A DNA stretch of 63,872 bases, the filler included, from Octopus bimaculoides (lineage: Eukaryota): NCBI RefSeq assembly GCF_001194135.2. It is 5 parts of 4 records of this genome, joined end to end, with 100 filler letters (N's around TTAATTAATTAA, not from the genome) between each part and the next. Parts side by side here need not be neighbours in the genome. Positions count along the whole stretch, not along the records: positions 25,947 to 39,860 come from NC_069009.1; positions 39,961 to 62,559 come from NC_068983.1; 3 more parts are not named here. The stretch is one strand, 5' to 3'. Of the stretch, positions 36,250-48,235 are shown piece by piece (the stretch's first letter is position 1; every line of letters starts with the position of its first letter). Under the pieces are notes generated by a model. It saw only the letters and a program-made list of their open reading frames with translations. It was not told the origin of the DNA and searched no databases. The translations under genes were made by a program, and so were the position numbers.

Positions 36250-37025
36250 TGTTTGACGATTTGTAGTAGTAGTAAGATGAATAGTAGTGGTGGTAATAAT
36301 AGCAGTATTAGTGGTAGTAGTGGTAGTTTAAGTGGTATTGGTAGTAGTAGTAGTAGTAGTAAGGATGGTAGTAGTAATAGTAACAGTAGTAGTAGTAGTA
36401 GTAGTAGTAACAGTGATTGTAGTGGATGTAGTAGCAGTTGTAGGTAATGGTGGTGGTTATAATAGCATTTGTGGAAATGGTAGTTGTGTTTGTAGAAGTG
36501 GTAGTAGTAGTAGTAATGGGGCTTGTAGTGAATGTAGTAGTAGTAGTAGTAATGGTGGTTGTAGCGGATGTAGTAGTAGTAGCAATGGTCGTTGTAGTGG
36601 ATGTAGTAGTAGTAGTAGTAATGGTGGTTGTAGTGGATGTAGTTGTAGTAGTAGTAGTAATGGTGGTTGTAGTGGATGTAGTAGTAGTAATGGTCGTTGT
36701 AGTGACTGTAGTTGTAGTAGTAGTAGTAATGGTGGTTGTAGTGGATGTAGTAGTAGCAATGGTGGTTGTAGTGGATGTAGTTGTAGCAATGGTGGTTGTA
36801 GCGGATGTAATAGTAGTAATAATTATAGTTGTAGTGGATGTAGTAGTAGTAATGGTAGTTGTATTGGATGTAGTAGTAGTAATAATTATGGTTGTAGTGG
36901 ATGTAGTAGTAGTAATGGTGGTTGTAGTGGATGTAGTTGTAGCAATGGTGGTTGTAGTGGATGTAGTAGTAGTAATAATTATGGTTGTAATGGATGTAGT
37001 AATAGTAGTGATTGTGGTAGTGGTG

Positions 37026-37056
<31 letters not shown>

Positions 37057-37240
37057 TTATTCCATTGCCATCAATGGTACAATTGTCAGCGCGTCTAATA
37101 TTATCTTTCCTCCCTGATGTTGTTGTTGTTGTCGTTGCTGTTGTTCCTGCAGCAATGGTTGTTCTCTCTATGGTCGGTGCCATTACCATTTTTGCAGATC
37201 TTGTTGGTGTTGTTCTTGTTGTTCTTGGTGTTGACAATAA
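36250..37240. repeat. (AGT/GGT/GTT)n compound trinucleotide array with a ~30-bp higher-order unit aatggtggttgtagtggatgtagtagtagt
   Basis: Direct inspection. Confidence 0.93.
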
Positions 37241-37418
37241 TCAGTCCATTTTTTTTTTTTATCTTTATGCTATTTGTTTGTGTGTGTCTTTCAGAAGTCA
37301 ACATGTTGAGGCAATGTACATTGTTGATGTTGGATACCAGACAAGTTGTAGACCGGAGACCAACATGTATATTAATTCACTGTACACGCGCACACATACA
37401 CACACACACACATATGTG

Positions 37419-37471
<53 letters not shown>

Positions 37472-38519
37472 NNNNNNNNNNNNNNNNNNNNNNNNNNNNN
37501 NNNNNNNNNNNNNNNNNNNNNNNNNNNNNNNNNNNNNNNNNNNNNNNNNNNNNNNNNNNNNNNNNNNNNNNNNNNNNNNNNNNNNNNNNNNNNNNNNNNN
37601 NNNNNNNNNNNNNNNNNNNNNNNNNNNNNNNNNNNNNNNNNNNNNNNNNNNNNNNNNNNNNNNNNNNNNNNNNNNNNNNNNNNNNNNNNNNNNNNNNNNN
37701 NNNNNNNNNNNNNNNNNNNNNNNNNNNNNNNNNNNNNNNNNNNNNNNNNNNNNNNNNNNNNNNNNNNNNNNNNNNNNNNNNNNNNNNNNNNNNNNNNNNN
37801 NNNNNNNNNNNNNNNNNNNNNNNNNNNNATCCATATATTTATGTATATACATGAATATATTTTTGTAAACATATATATATACATATGTGTGTGTGTGTGT
37901 GTGTATTTCTTTACACATGACCAAAAGCATTAGCAGCATGACAAATAAAACCCTCATCGAAAACACCACCACCACCACAACCACCACCACCGCTACCTTC
38001 ACCACCACAACCAACACCACCGCTACCTCCACCACCACAAGCATAAACACAATCAACCACCAAGATTCTCAACTCTAAATGCAGCCATGACGACCATGAC
38101 AATACCAACATCAACAAGCATAAATCTTTATTAGAACCATAAAAGTAACCCATAACATAACCACGCACCTCCATCTTGTTTCCAAAATCAACAACAGGCA
38201 CCATTTTAGATTGAACAACACAAGACATTTTTGCAGTTTTTATCTTCTGGCCGCAATGTGTTGACATTGTTCCAACTGTTACCATCCACTTCCAATTCTT
38301 TGAAACAACTTTCATCCATTTCCAAATGCGTCGAATCATTTCCAGTCTCTTTCAGTCGCTTTTAACCATTTTTTCGTATACTGTTTTCAACCATCTCCGA
38401 CAGCTTAGGTACTTTTGATCAATTTCTACAATTTTTAACCGTTTTTGATTAGTTCTAATCTTTTTTTAAAGAATTTCAGTCATTTCTCATAATTTCTGAC
38501 CATTTATAACCATTCTTAA

Positions 38520-38850
38520 CCCATTTGGTACCAACCAACCTAAGAAAATACCTGATTTTATGACAGAAACCTCCTGTTTTAAAATCATTTAAAGTAAAAC
38601 ACACTCTCAAATTTCCTGTTAATCTATGTTCAAAACACCAGCACAATAATGACAAAATTATTTCACTAAATTTTTCACCATTTGCAAAATTAATTCAACA
38701 AAGGCAATGTATTTCAACAGAATTCTTCTAACAAAAGGGTTAAAGTGATCTAAATTAAAACCTTCCATCAAAATTTCATCTTAATTCATGTTCCAAACAC
38801 CAGCTTAGGAATGACTAAGTTATTTCACTAAATTCTTCATTATTTTCAAA
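38520..38850. mobile_element. piggyBac-like MITE (TTAA|ccc...ggg|TTAA, 38520-38739) followed by a partial copy of its interior
   Basis: TTAA at 38516-38519 and 38740-38743; ends cccatttggta / taacaaaaggg; 38744-38850 resembles 38582-38690 (caaacaccagc...aagttatttcactaaatt). Confidence 0.65.
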
Positions 38851-38867
38851 AATAATGGAAAAAAAGA

Positions 38868-39005
38868 AGGCGTAGGAGTGGCTGTGTGGTAAGTAGCTTG
38901 CTTACCAACCACATGGTTCCGGGTTCATTTCCACTACGTGGCACCTTGGGCAAGTGTCTTCTACTATAGCCTCGGCCTGACCAAAGCCTTGTGAGTGGAT
39001 TTGGT
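38868..39005 (+). mobile_element. Type B SINE 5' half (runs into gap)
   Basis: aggcgtaggagtggctgtgtggtaagtagcttgcttaccaaccacatggttccgggttc...ccttgggcaagtgtc. Confidence 0.93.
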
Positions 39006-40343
39006 NNNNNNNNNNNNNNNNNNNNNNNNNNNNNNNNNNNNNNNNNNNNNNNNNNNNNNNNNNNNNNNNNNNNNNNNNNNNNNNNNNNNNNNNNNNNNNN
39101 NNNNNNNNNNNNNNNNNNNNNNNNNNNNNNNNNNNNNNNNNNNNNNNNNNNNNNNNNNNNNNNNNNNNNNNNNNNNNNNNNNNNNNNNNNNNNNNNNNNN
39201 NNNNNNNNNNNNNNNNNNNNNNNNNNNNNNNNNNNNNNNNNNNNNNNNNNNNNNNNNNNNNNNNNNNNNNNNNNNNNNNNNNNNNNNNNNNNNNNNNNNN
39301 NNNNNNNNNNNNNNNNNNNNNNNNNNNNNNNNNNNNNNNNNNNNNNNNNNNNNNNNNNNNNNNNNNNNNNNNNNNGTTTCAAACATGTCATTCCTCAACA
39401 AAAGATAATTTGGTACTTGGTATATAAAACTACTTTCCATGGGTAGGTTAATGAAATCTTTCAGATATGACTTTTGCAGTGAAAGACTTCGACTAACTTT
39501 AGCCATTTTCAACCGTCTCCACTTGCTTCTGATTGGTTGCAAGAATCTTTTCTAAAAAAGCAGTTCTATATTTACAAAAATTAGATATGATCCATTTCTA
39601 AATCTCTCATAGAGACTTAAGCAGTAGTGATATGATAAAGTAGTTGTATACTGCCAACTTAACATGACAGTACCATGAAGGGAATCATACTACTGCTATT
39701 TAGCCCTAGGAAGCGGCACCACTTCCTGTCAGCCTTGACACATTTCTTATGTCCTAGCATGACTTGCTGGCTGAAGATGCCTTAAGAGAAGAGGAATTAT
39801 GTACTTTATTTACATTATTTACATTTGATGGATATTTGTCTTCATCTTGTTTGCTGTTAANNNNNNNNNNNNNNNNNNNNNNNNNNNNNNNNNNNNNNNN
39901 NNNNTTAATTAATTAANNNNNNNNNNNNNNNNNNNNNNNNNNNNNNNNNNNNNNNNNNNNAATGTTTCTATATGTGATGGTGGATTTTCATCGATGAGTT
40001 CTTGAAAATTGGTTATTTTCCCTAAAACTATATATTTTATATATACTTTATCTATAAGGCTCAATTTAATTTTAATTTTTTATAAATTGATTTTAATTGA
40101 GTTTTTTACCTGTAATTTTGGATTTTGTCCCTAATATTATTATTATTATATATATATATATATATAATTTAGAGAAAAAAACACAATTATTCAATTCATC
40201 CATGAAAATCCACAATCACATATAGAAAAATTTAATAAGTAAATACACTAAAGAGACCTATAATAAAAATCAAAAAAGTACAAAGTAATAAATATTAAAT
40301 AGTAATATATATATATACTGCAAAGAGGACTGTCGTATATATA

Positions 40344-41607
40344 TCAGGTCATCCGAAAAGTTCTGTCCGATTTTACCTTTTTTAAAATTGAATGAAATTT
40401 AATAATATTTTCGAATATCTAATGGAATTAAAAATTATTTTTATGCATTTGTGTACATTTAAACTAATTATATATTATTTTACAGAATAATAGAATTAAA
40501 ATTTCTTTGATTAAAGCCCTTTCTAACATGGAAGTATTCAAACAGCATTTGAGGCACATAATGCTTTATGAGTACAAAAAAAGGAAACTCTGAAGCCGAA
40601 GCGACTAGAAACATACACTCAGTTTATGGGAAAGAATGCTTGAATGAAAGAACTTGCAGAAAATGGTTTGCAAAATTCAGAAGTGGAGATTTCAGCCTTG
40701 AAGATGAAGATCAAACAGGACGTTCACTTGATTTTGATGATAAAGCTCCTTGAGGCGTTACTTGAAGAAAATCCTGCAAAGAATAGGCAATAAAGCTTGG
40801 TTTAAACCATACAGCTCTTCATCATCATCTTCAACAACTTAGAAAGGTTCCTACACTTGAAAAATGGGTACTTCATGAATTGTCCGAAAGCAACCGCACA
40901 TCCCGATTTGACATCTGCTCTTCTCTCCATTTCTTCGAACTCATTTCACCCTTTTTGGATAGACTCGTGACTGATGATGAAAAATGGATCTTCTATCGAA
41001 CTGTTAAATGTCGTAAACAATGGCTTAGCAAAAGGGAAAAAGCTCAACCACAACCGAGAAGGGAACTTCATGGGAAAAAGGTTCTTCTCTCTATCTCGTA
41101 GGATCGCAAAGGAGTAATTCACTTTGAATTCTTACCAGCCAATGCACCAATCAATGCTCAAGTCTACTGTCAGCAATTAGAGCGTTTGAACCAAGCTTTG
41201 AGGAAAAAAGAGCCGCTTAAGTGAATCGAAAAGGAGTGATGTTTCATCAGGACAGTGCGCGACCCCACACTGCAAAGATCATATCAGAAAAGATCGAAGA
41301 ACTTGGTTGGGAAAAATTCCTCGTATTCTCCCGACCTTGCTCATTCAGACTATCATTTGTTTCGTAGTTTACAGAATCATTTGGGAGACATAAGTTTCAC
41401 AAGCCAGGAGGAGGTTGAAACTGACATTTCAGAGTTCTTCGCTTTGAAACCAAAAGAGTTTTACATTGAAGAGATTAAAAAGCTTGTAAATAGATGGAAG
41501 GTAGTCATAGATAATTAGGGAAAGTACATTGATGATTAAATTTCAGTTAAATATAACATTTGATCACTTGTTTTCTTTATTCAAAATTCGGACAGAACTT
41601 ATGGGAT
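40344..41607 (+). mobile_element. Nearly full-length mariner (D,D34D) transposon, transposase pseudogene at 40528-41518
   Basis: TIRs tcaggtcatccgaaaagttctgtccgatttt / aaaattcggacagaacttatgggat. MEVFKQHLRHIMLYEY...KWFAKFRSGDFSLEDE...WVLHEL...VTDDEKW...HQDSARPH...YSPDLAHSDY correspond to the WVPHEL, TGDEKW, HDNARPH and YSPDLAPSDY motifs; several frameshifts and stops. Confidence 0.96.
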
Positions 41608-42486
41608 NNNNNNNNNNACGACGCGACACTTGCCCAAGCCGGAATCATGTTGTTGGGAAACAGATATCTTACTACTTACAGCCACGCCCGTGCTATATGA
41701 AAACTAATACCATATCTCTCATCCATGTATGTATATATGTATGTATATATGTATGTATGTATGTATGTATGTACGTATGCATGTACGTGTGTATATATAT
41801 GTATATATGTGTGTGTGTATAAATATACATATATAATATGCATATGTGTAAGCATGTATACATGGAGCATTGTCTATTCTTAAAATTTTTGTGTTGCGTG
41901 TAATATGTACAATAGATTGGATTTTAGGAACAATTGATTCCGATTTCAACCAGATCCTCTCAGACAATTTCATTTGTTGAATCCGGTTCCTTTTGTCATG
42001 CTGTGAGCGATGTTACCATCTTTAGAAACATTTATAAGTGCCAGAATCGTTTCACTATAATTGAACATTTTATAGAAAGACACAGTAGATGCTATATGAA
42101 AATCAATATAATAAATACTACGTTTTGACGGAGTTTCTGGTGTGTGCTGACTTCGTGAACCAGTTCCTATAAAAGGTTGAAAGTAATTTATTTCACAACC
42201 ATAATCCACTCGAGAAAGAAATGAAATCTCTTACACGTCATTTTCTCTCACCTACAATTAAAAGGTCTTGTATCGAGTGGAAATATAACAGTGTGTTTGT
42301 CACTATTATTCTTGACTTGATTTTACATCAATAATTTAAACTTACACCTCAGTTTGTTGTTAGCGTTGGTACGAAGATCTTGTACGTAATTAAATGTCAC
42401 CTTAACGAATGAAATTAATATTTTGACTAATTGAAAATTGGTGGATTATTTGGAAATACAATACAACTTTAAAAATATTTCATAAT

Positions 42487-42641
42487 AGGCGCAGGAGTGA
42501 TAAGTGGCTTGCTTACCAGCCACATGGTTCCGGATTCAGACCCACTGCGTGGCACTTTGGGCAAGTGTTTTCTACTATAACCTTGGGCTGACCAAGGCCT
42601 AGTGAGTGGCTTTGGTAGATGGAATCTGAAGGAATCCCGCC

Positions 42642-42645
<4 letters not shown>
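42487..42645 (+). mobile_element. Type B SINE 5' half
   Basis: aggcgcaggagtg...gcttgcttaccagccacatggttccgg...ctttgggcaagtg...ttggtagatggaa. Confidence 0.9.
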
Positions 42646-42689
<44 letters not shown>

Positions 42690-42759
42690 TATAAATAATA
42701 TATATATGTGCATATATACATACGTATATGTACATACTTACATCTATATGTATATATAT

Positions 42760-43010
42760 TTATGCATATGTGGCCACAGGACTTCACCAAAGGTGTGCAA
42801 CAAAAAAATACGAAGTACAAGTACATGGAATATGAACTATTGTTTCGAACAACGAAAGACAAACGGAAAACCAGACAAACAACACAAAAAATGACCCTTC
42901 ATCAGTTGTTAGCTGTTTTTTCTACACTCGTATTTCGAGCATTTAACAACAAGATACGCTTTCGATAAAACAGTTGCTCCCACAAAGCAAATTAAATAAA
43001 ATTTGGGATT
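42760..43010 (-). mobile_element. Probable Penelope-derived terminal-repeat fragment
   Basis: Minus strand contains caaCUGAUGAaggg...guucGAAAC with a long stem-II insert; stem I does not pair, so it is degenerate. Confidence 0.4.
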
Positions 43011-43423
43011 TTGCGGAGGATCAAAATTGGTAACACAAACAGGACAGTGAAAACAAATAGGAAGGGCTGTTAAGCCTAAACGGGGTTGTGGCGGTGAACG
43101 CGTAAATCAAGCTTGGACAGGAGACAGGCAAGAACACATCTTCTCTGATCAAGCTACAACGGAGAGAAAGAAGGAAACACAAGTTAGGAGAAGAAAGATG
43201 GCCATTGGTCACGTGGGAGCCACGTGAGCAAGGGAATAAGACTGAGGGAGAGAGAGTGACTGACAGATAGAGAACTGTGAAAGGGAGAAGAAAAAAATGG
43301 AGATAGGATAAGTGAGAAAAAACAGGAGGGGGAGAAGGGGAGAAAGGAAGAGAGAAAAAACGGAAGAGTAATAGGACAAAATAATGGGAGAAGAGGAGGT
43401 AAAAGAATAAGAGAGAGAAAGAG

Positions 43424-43535
43424 ACCGATTGAATAAGTACTAGGCTTACAAAGAATAAGTCCTGGGGTCGATTTGTTCAACTGAAGGCGTTGTTCCAGCA
43501 TGGCCGTAGTCAAATGACTGAAAGAAGTAAAAGAA
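43424..43535 (+). mobile_element. Type B SINE tail
   Basis: gaccgattgaataagtactaggcttacaaagaataagtcctggggtcgatttg...ccagcatggccgtagtcaaatgactgaa. Confidence 0.9.
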
Positions 43536-43959
43536 TATGTTTGAAGCCAAAAATGGGAAGTTGTGTTATTCATGCTTTTTCAGCATGTAATAACTGCATC
43601 ATTATTCGTCTTTTCGATGAAGCGAAATCCTTTCAACGGAGGGGAAAAGGCCCTGTTACCATGACGACAATATCGAACAAGATTCCTACATTCTTTAGAA
43701 CACTTTTTTCCTCATCACTCTTTTATAAAACTCCTAGAACTGGAAGAATATTACTTAAAGACTTCATCTCTATGAAATGCGTTTCGAATAGAGAATAATA
43801 TTACCAAGTTGCAAGCATTTTTGCAGTTATAAAATCTAACGAAATGTTTGTCACGTCTACAGAGTTTAGGTAAATTATGGCGGTCAGTAAGTTTTGCCTA
43901 AGCCTGACGATATACATGGTTACTGGAAGGCAATATGTAAACTGGAACTTCACTGATAG

Positions 43960-44042
43960 GTGACAAATCAAGGATACTGATCGATGGTCCAATAACTGAA
44001 ACAATTCGACCTCATCTCACTCTACAACTCTCTACAACAGAG
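43960..44042 (+). CDS. Candidate exon (phase 1 to 0): (G)DKSRILIDGPITETIRPHLTLQLSTTE
   Basis: Strong donor GAG|gtaaga; weak acceptor cttcactgatag|; phase-compatible with 44331-44360. Confidence 0.22.
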
Positions 44043-44330
44043 GTAAGAAATGGTGATCGCAGTTCATGGACAATGTCTTTGAGGCAGAGTGTATAGCACC
44101 AAAGCAGTTTCAAGAAAACTCGACTTTGTTGCTACGGAATAAATTGATCATCTTAACAACTGCATGTATTAAACTTGCGCGACATTCTTAGAAGCCGGAA
44201 AATGTTGCAGTTGTACAGATAACTTTCCGATATATCGTAGTTCACCAAACACTTCTGCGAATAATGGATATATCACAATAAAATTAATACTGATTTACAT
44301 TTATTTATTTTATCTTACATGGTTTCGCAG

Positions 44331-44360
44331 CAACCTTTCTCGTACAAAATCCGATTAAAG
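44331..44360 (+). CDS. Candidate 30-nt micro-exon (QPFSYKIRLK)
   Basis: Acceptor ttttatcttacatggtttcgcag|, donor AAG|gtaatc; phase 0-0. Confidence 0.3.
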
Positions 44361-45020
44361 GTAATCCATCATATGCTTCGACTAACAAATTGATGCTTTA
44401 GTGACTGACTGGAACACACGGTTTCTCTAATGCTTCGGAAAGTCGGAAATGGCCTCCTCTTCATCTTATGCATAATAGAAACACTCCACACACACAGCAT
44501 ATAAGTGATTTATTCCATCATTACGAGACTATAAAGTACATTTCGTGAAATTTCCTTCTTACTTTTCAGGTCCTGCTAATTAATATCTTTTGAGATGAAA
44601 AGTGTTTGATTCCTGGAGTTCCACTTATTTAATAACGAAATTCGAGCAGAGAACAAGTATAAGGACTAGAAATATTGCGATGTGGGCGAGATATTGTAAC
44701 CATTAATAATGTTTGAACGCTTTAACTGGATTCGTAAACAGTTTGTAATGGGCATTTGGTAGACAGAAATTGAAAGCAGCTTGTTGCATACATATATTCA
44801 TACATACATACATACATACATACACACACATACACATATACAGACACACATACACATACACAGACACACACTCACATATATATATTGTATGTGTGCAGCT
44901 ATATGATGGATTTTCTTGTGAACGACAAATGAGGGTTCACTAAAATCAAGCAGGAATCATGTTCTATGAACACGAATGTGTTACTTGAGGCTTGTTGTTG
45001 CATCGCAAACTTTTTGACAG

Positions 45021-45131
45021 ATAAAACAAGTTGAGGATCCACTTTACTTTAGTGCTTGTGGACCAGTTACAATGTATTTTCTTGAGTGGACGGCAAAGCC
45101 TGCTTTGCTTCCTGCTGCAAAACCAGGAGAG
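45021..45131 (+). CDS. Candidate 111-nt exon (IKQVEDPLYFSACGPVTMYFLEWTAKPALLPAAKPGE), product unidentified
   Basis: Acceptor aaactttttgacag|, strong donor GAG|gtaagc; 37 open codons in phase 0; unique sequence with higher GC than its flanks. Confidence 0.4.
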
Positions 45132-46440
45132 GTAAGCTTTCCAATTAGAAAAGCCGCATGCTTCCACGAAGTTGGTCCGAAGTTGGTGTGTGTGTGTTTT
45201 TATGTGCCTGCGTGTGCATGCATGCGCGCGCGCGCGTGAGTATGTGTTTAGACAATTGGTCTCAGTTGAAAGACTGGCAATATCAAAGTAGTAATCAATG
45301 ATGGAATTGACGAGCAGAGATCATTAAAGCGAGAGTGACTAATTGAGTATAGAGCTAATGAAAGAAACAAATGAGGAAAACTGAGAAAAAATTAATAAGA
45401 AGACTCAATGTTGATGCGAGTAAGAAAGATTGGAATGTTTTTCTGATATTTAAAACGGGAAACGTACACAGCAAGTAAGATATACATAAACGTATGGTTG
45501 AACAGAAAAAATATATTTCAAGTGGGGAGGACTGAAAATTTATAAATAAATATTGCGGGAAAAAGAGTGAAAAGAACCGAAGGAAAATATTAATGCGAGA
45601 GAGAAACAAAATTGTATTTTTGTGATATTCAAAATATCCTGCTTGAAAGTAAATCTGCAGGAATTATTCTGACAAAACTAATTTTCGTATTACAAAGAAT
45701 GTGCGGAAATATTACCTAATTCTTCTTCTTTGCCGTAAAATTACGCGAGCGAACAACAGATTGAAATCAAATGTTTCGGCCAAAGATTAGTCCAGAACAT
45801 ATCCAACTTAGTAACACCATCTGATAGGATCTGTTAAGTCATTTTTAAGTCAAGATTTGTGGTATCATGGCCCATTCAAGTAGGGAATTGTTGATGGCTG
45901 TGATGTATCGAAATATCTCTTGACGAAAAATGCTCAAGTTTCGTTTGAAGGTGATGGGATATTTTTGTTTTTTGATTTGTTTTGGGTTAATTGTTTTTGG
46001 GTAAATTGAGTTGTTAAATAGAGAAGGGTCTGTTGAGGAAAAGAAATTGTGTTGCAATGAATTCATGTCTTGTGATCCTGAATTGCGTAGGGGAAGTATT
46101 GCACAGGGTCCCAGCCTAGGGTGACTTGTGAATCTGATTTTAAGGTCATTTCACAAGAACAGTATCGAAAGTGACACCGAAACTTTAGTGTGATTCATGC
46201 AGGCCAAACTTTCGGAGTCACTGTCAACGCTACTCTTCCAACCGTGCTGTATGTTTGAATCTGAAAGATTTCTTGAAAACACAAGGCATGCTGTACAAGC
46301 TTCTGAGTTTATTGTCTTTTCACAACATGAAATTAATAGTAGCTCGAACTTAATGTGTATATTAAATGATATTTATCTCTCATTGGATGGAGTATTTTTT
46401 GCACTTACACACACATACACACAATACGTAGATATATATA

Positions 46441-46475
<35 letters not shown>

Positions 46476-46494
46476 TACATACACATATATGTTT

Positions 46495-46770
46495 TTTAAA
46501 GAAAGGGCCCACAGCTTTTTAATATTCTCCCAAAGAGCCTGAGGAACCTGCACAAAATAGATATAAGGGTTTTTAGATCAAAGCTGGACCTCTTCCTGTC
46601 GAGAGTCCCAGATGAACCTACCTCGCGGTAGGAGGTGCAAATGAGGGTTGCTAAATCAAACTCCATTCTTCACCACGTGCCACATATTGTAAGAGGCTCC
46701 CTGTAATACCAGTGTAGCAACACGGCAGTGCATCAGCATGGCCGCATCTCTAAGCTGAAACTATAAATAA
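46495..46770 (+). mobile_element. CR1/L2-type LINE 3' end
   Basis: KKGPTAFNILPKSLRNL...FRSKLDLFLSRVPDEP...SNSI matches the typical GP.lFN.LP..lR...FK..LD.fL..vPD.P terminus; ends in ggcagtgcatcagcatggccgca...gctgaaac. Confidence 0.85.
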
Positions 46771-48138
46771 TATATATATATATATAACTATACGTATATA
46801 TATAAATATACGTATATGTATAGATGTATACACACGCATACATGAAATAGATGCTCACAACAGACATACACACAAAAGGTCGACGCTTCTGTTACTTGAT
46901 CTGTGCTGCGTTTCTGGTAATCAAGATTAGCAACACTGTACTCTTCTTGTTCACAGAGGTGGCATCTATATCTTCCCGTAACATTGTACAATAGACATTG
47001 CAACATTGGTCTGCTAGCGAAACATGTTTCGTAAATATGAAACTAAATAATTCGTCCAATTGTGACTTTATGCTTATCAAAATGCCATAAAAAAGTTATT
47101 TCCCGTAGAATTGAATGCATTTCTCTTTGCCGACGACACTGATTTTCACAGCAATATTTTTCGAAGTAAAATTCAATTCTAAACTGTAAAAGGCACAGTG
47201 TCGCTTGTTTCGTTTACCCATCGTGGATCTCCACCCCAGCTATTTATAACAGTCATTTTCACTGGGGAAATATCAGTCTACATCAACTTAGCCTTTGAGA
47301 TATAAGTGTCTTCTTTCAGAGAACAACGTAGAACATGTAATAAAATAAGAATTTCCAGCTTACGGAATTTGTGAAGTGAGCCATTTCAATAGTTCAACGG
47401 CGCTCTGAATAGATTGTGGATTACAGCCAAATAATGGTTCTTCAATTATTTGGGATAGCATAAAGAATCCAGAGCATCATGCCATCCACAAGTCAATGCA
47501 TCGTTAGACAGTCTTTTAATTCTAGTTCAAATGAACGAGTTTGTATTGCTTATGCACCAACAGTTTACCCAGTGAATAACTGTTAATTTTGGGAGATGGG
47601 AGAAAATCTGAACAACTTAGAGTTTATGAGCTTTATACTGCAGAATATTCTACGGAGTATTCAGTGTTGACAGCATCTTTGGAATAGAAGAGAATATATT
47701 GCTCAATGGTTACTATTTATAACAAGCAGAATCGATCAATGGAAATTACTAATTATGTGAAGACGCACAGAGAAAACGGAACGAACGAATAGCAGTAAGA
47801 AAACAAAACATTTTCTTAAATAATTAATCTTCTGTAATATTCCGTTTGATATAATTTTATTTTGTAAATTCATTATTCCTATTTCATTATTGCATCTAAT
47901 CCAAGTCTATTTTTACTTCACAGCACAATTGTCTCGCGAAAATTCCATTAATTCTCTTTCCATTTACATACACATTTTAAAATTCCATTTTATTCCATAT
48001 CTTATCTCTCAGTTCCTGGCATCGATCTACTCCATTTCCCAATGTATCATCTATCACTCATCTTTCATCTAAACAATCAACATGTTCCTAAGACAAATTT
48101 TCTTCCACCAAAAACTTTTCTCCTTTTGCTATTACAAG

Positions 48139-48235
48139 ATCGACGACGGTTCGTTGAAATGTGATATAGGCACTTTTATATATCAGAGTAGCATACATAA
48201 AGAATATCTCCATAGAAATGAAGAAGCCAACAACG
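48139..48235 (+). CDS. Candidate exon (phase 0 to 1): IDDGSLKCDIGTFIYQSSIHKEYLHRNEEANN
   Basis: Pyrimidine-rich acceptor ttttctccttttgctattacaag|; only phase 0 is open; weak donor ACG|gtacag. Confidence 0.25.

Noticed and set aside
36308-37237. 309-aa Thr-rich mucin-like ORF (and the overlapping Val-rich and Cys/Ser-rich ORFs)
   Set aside because: Open frames are expected from (AGT/GGT/GTT)n composition; no pyrimidine-rich acceptor or signal peptide upstream on the minus strand.
43200-43230. CCAAT plus two CACGTG E-boxes as a promoter
   Set aside because: Lies next to or within repeat-derived sequence, with no CpG island or TSS evidence; not an exact ERSE or CLEAR match.
43880-44250. R4-like pre-RT peptide (VLPKPDDIHGYWKAIC...)
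   Set aside because: Only a short motif resemblance amid many stops; it conflicts with, and is no better supported than, the exon reading.
47190-47275. Minus-strand VINSWGGDPRW resembling the papain NSWG motif
   Set aside because: Short ORF, no catalytic His context or splice sites; likely chance.
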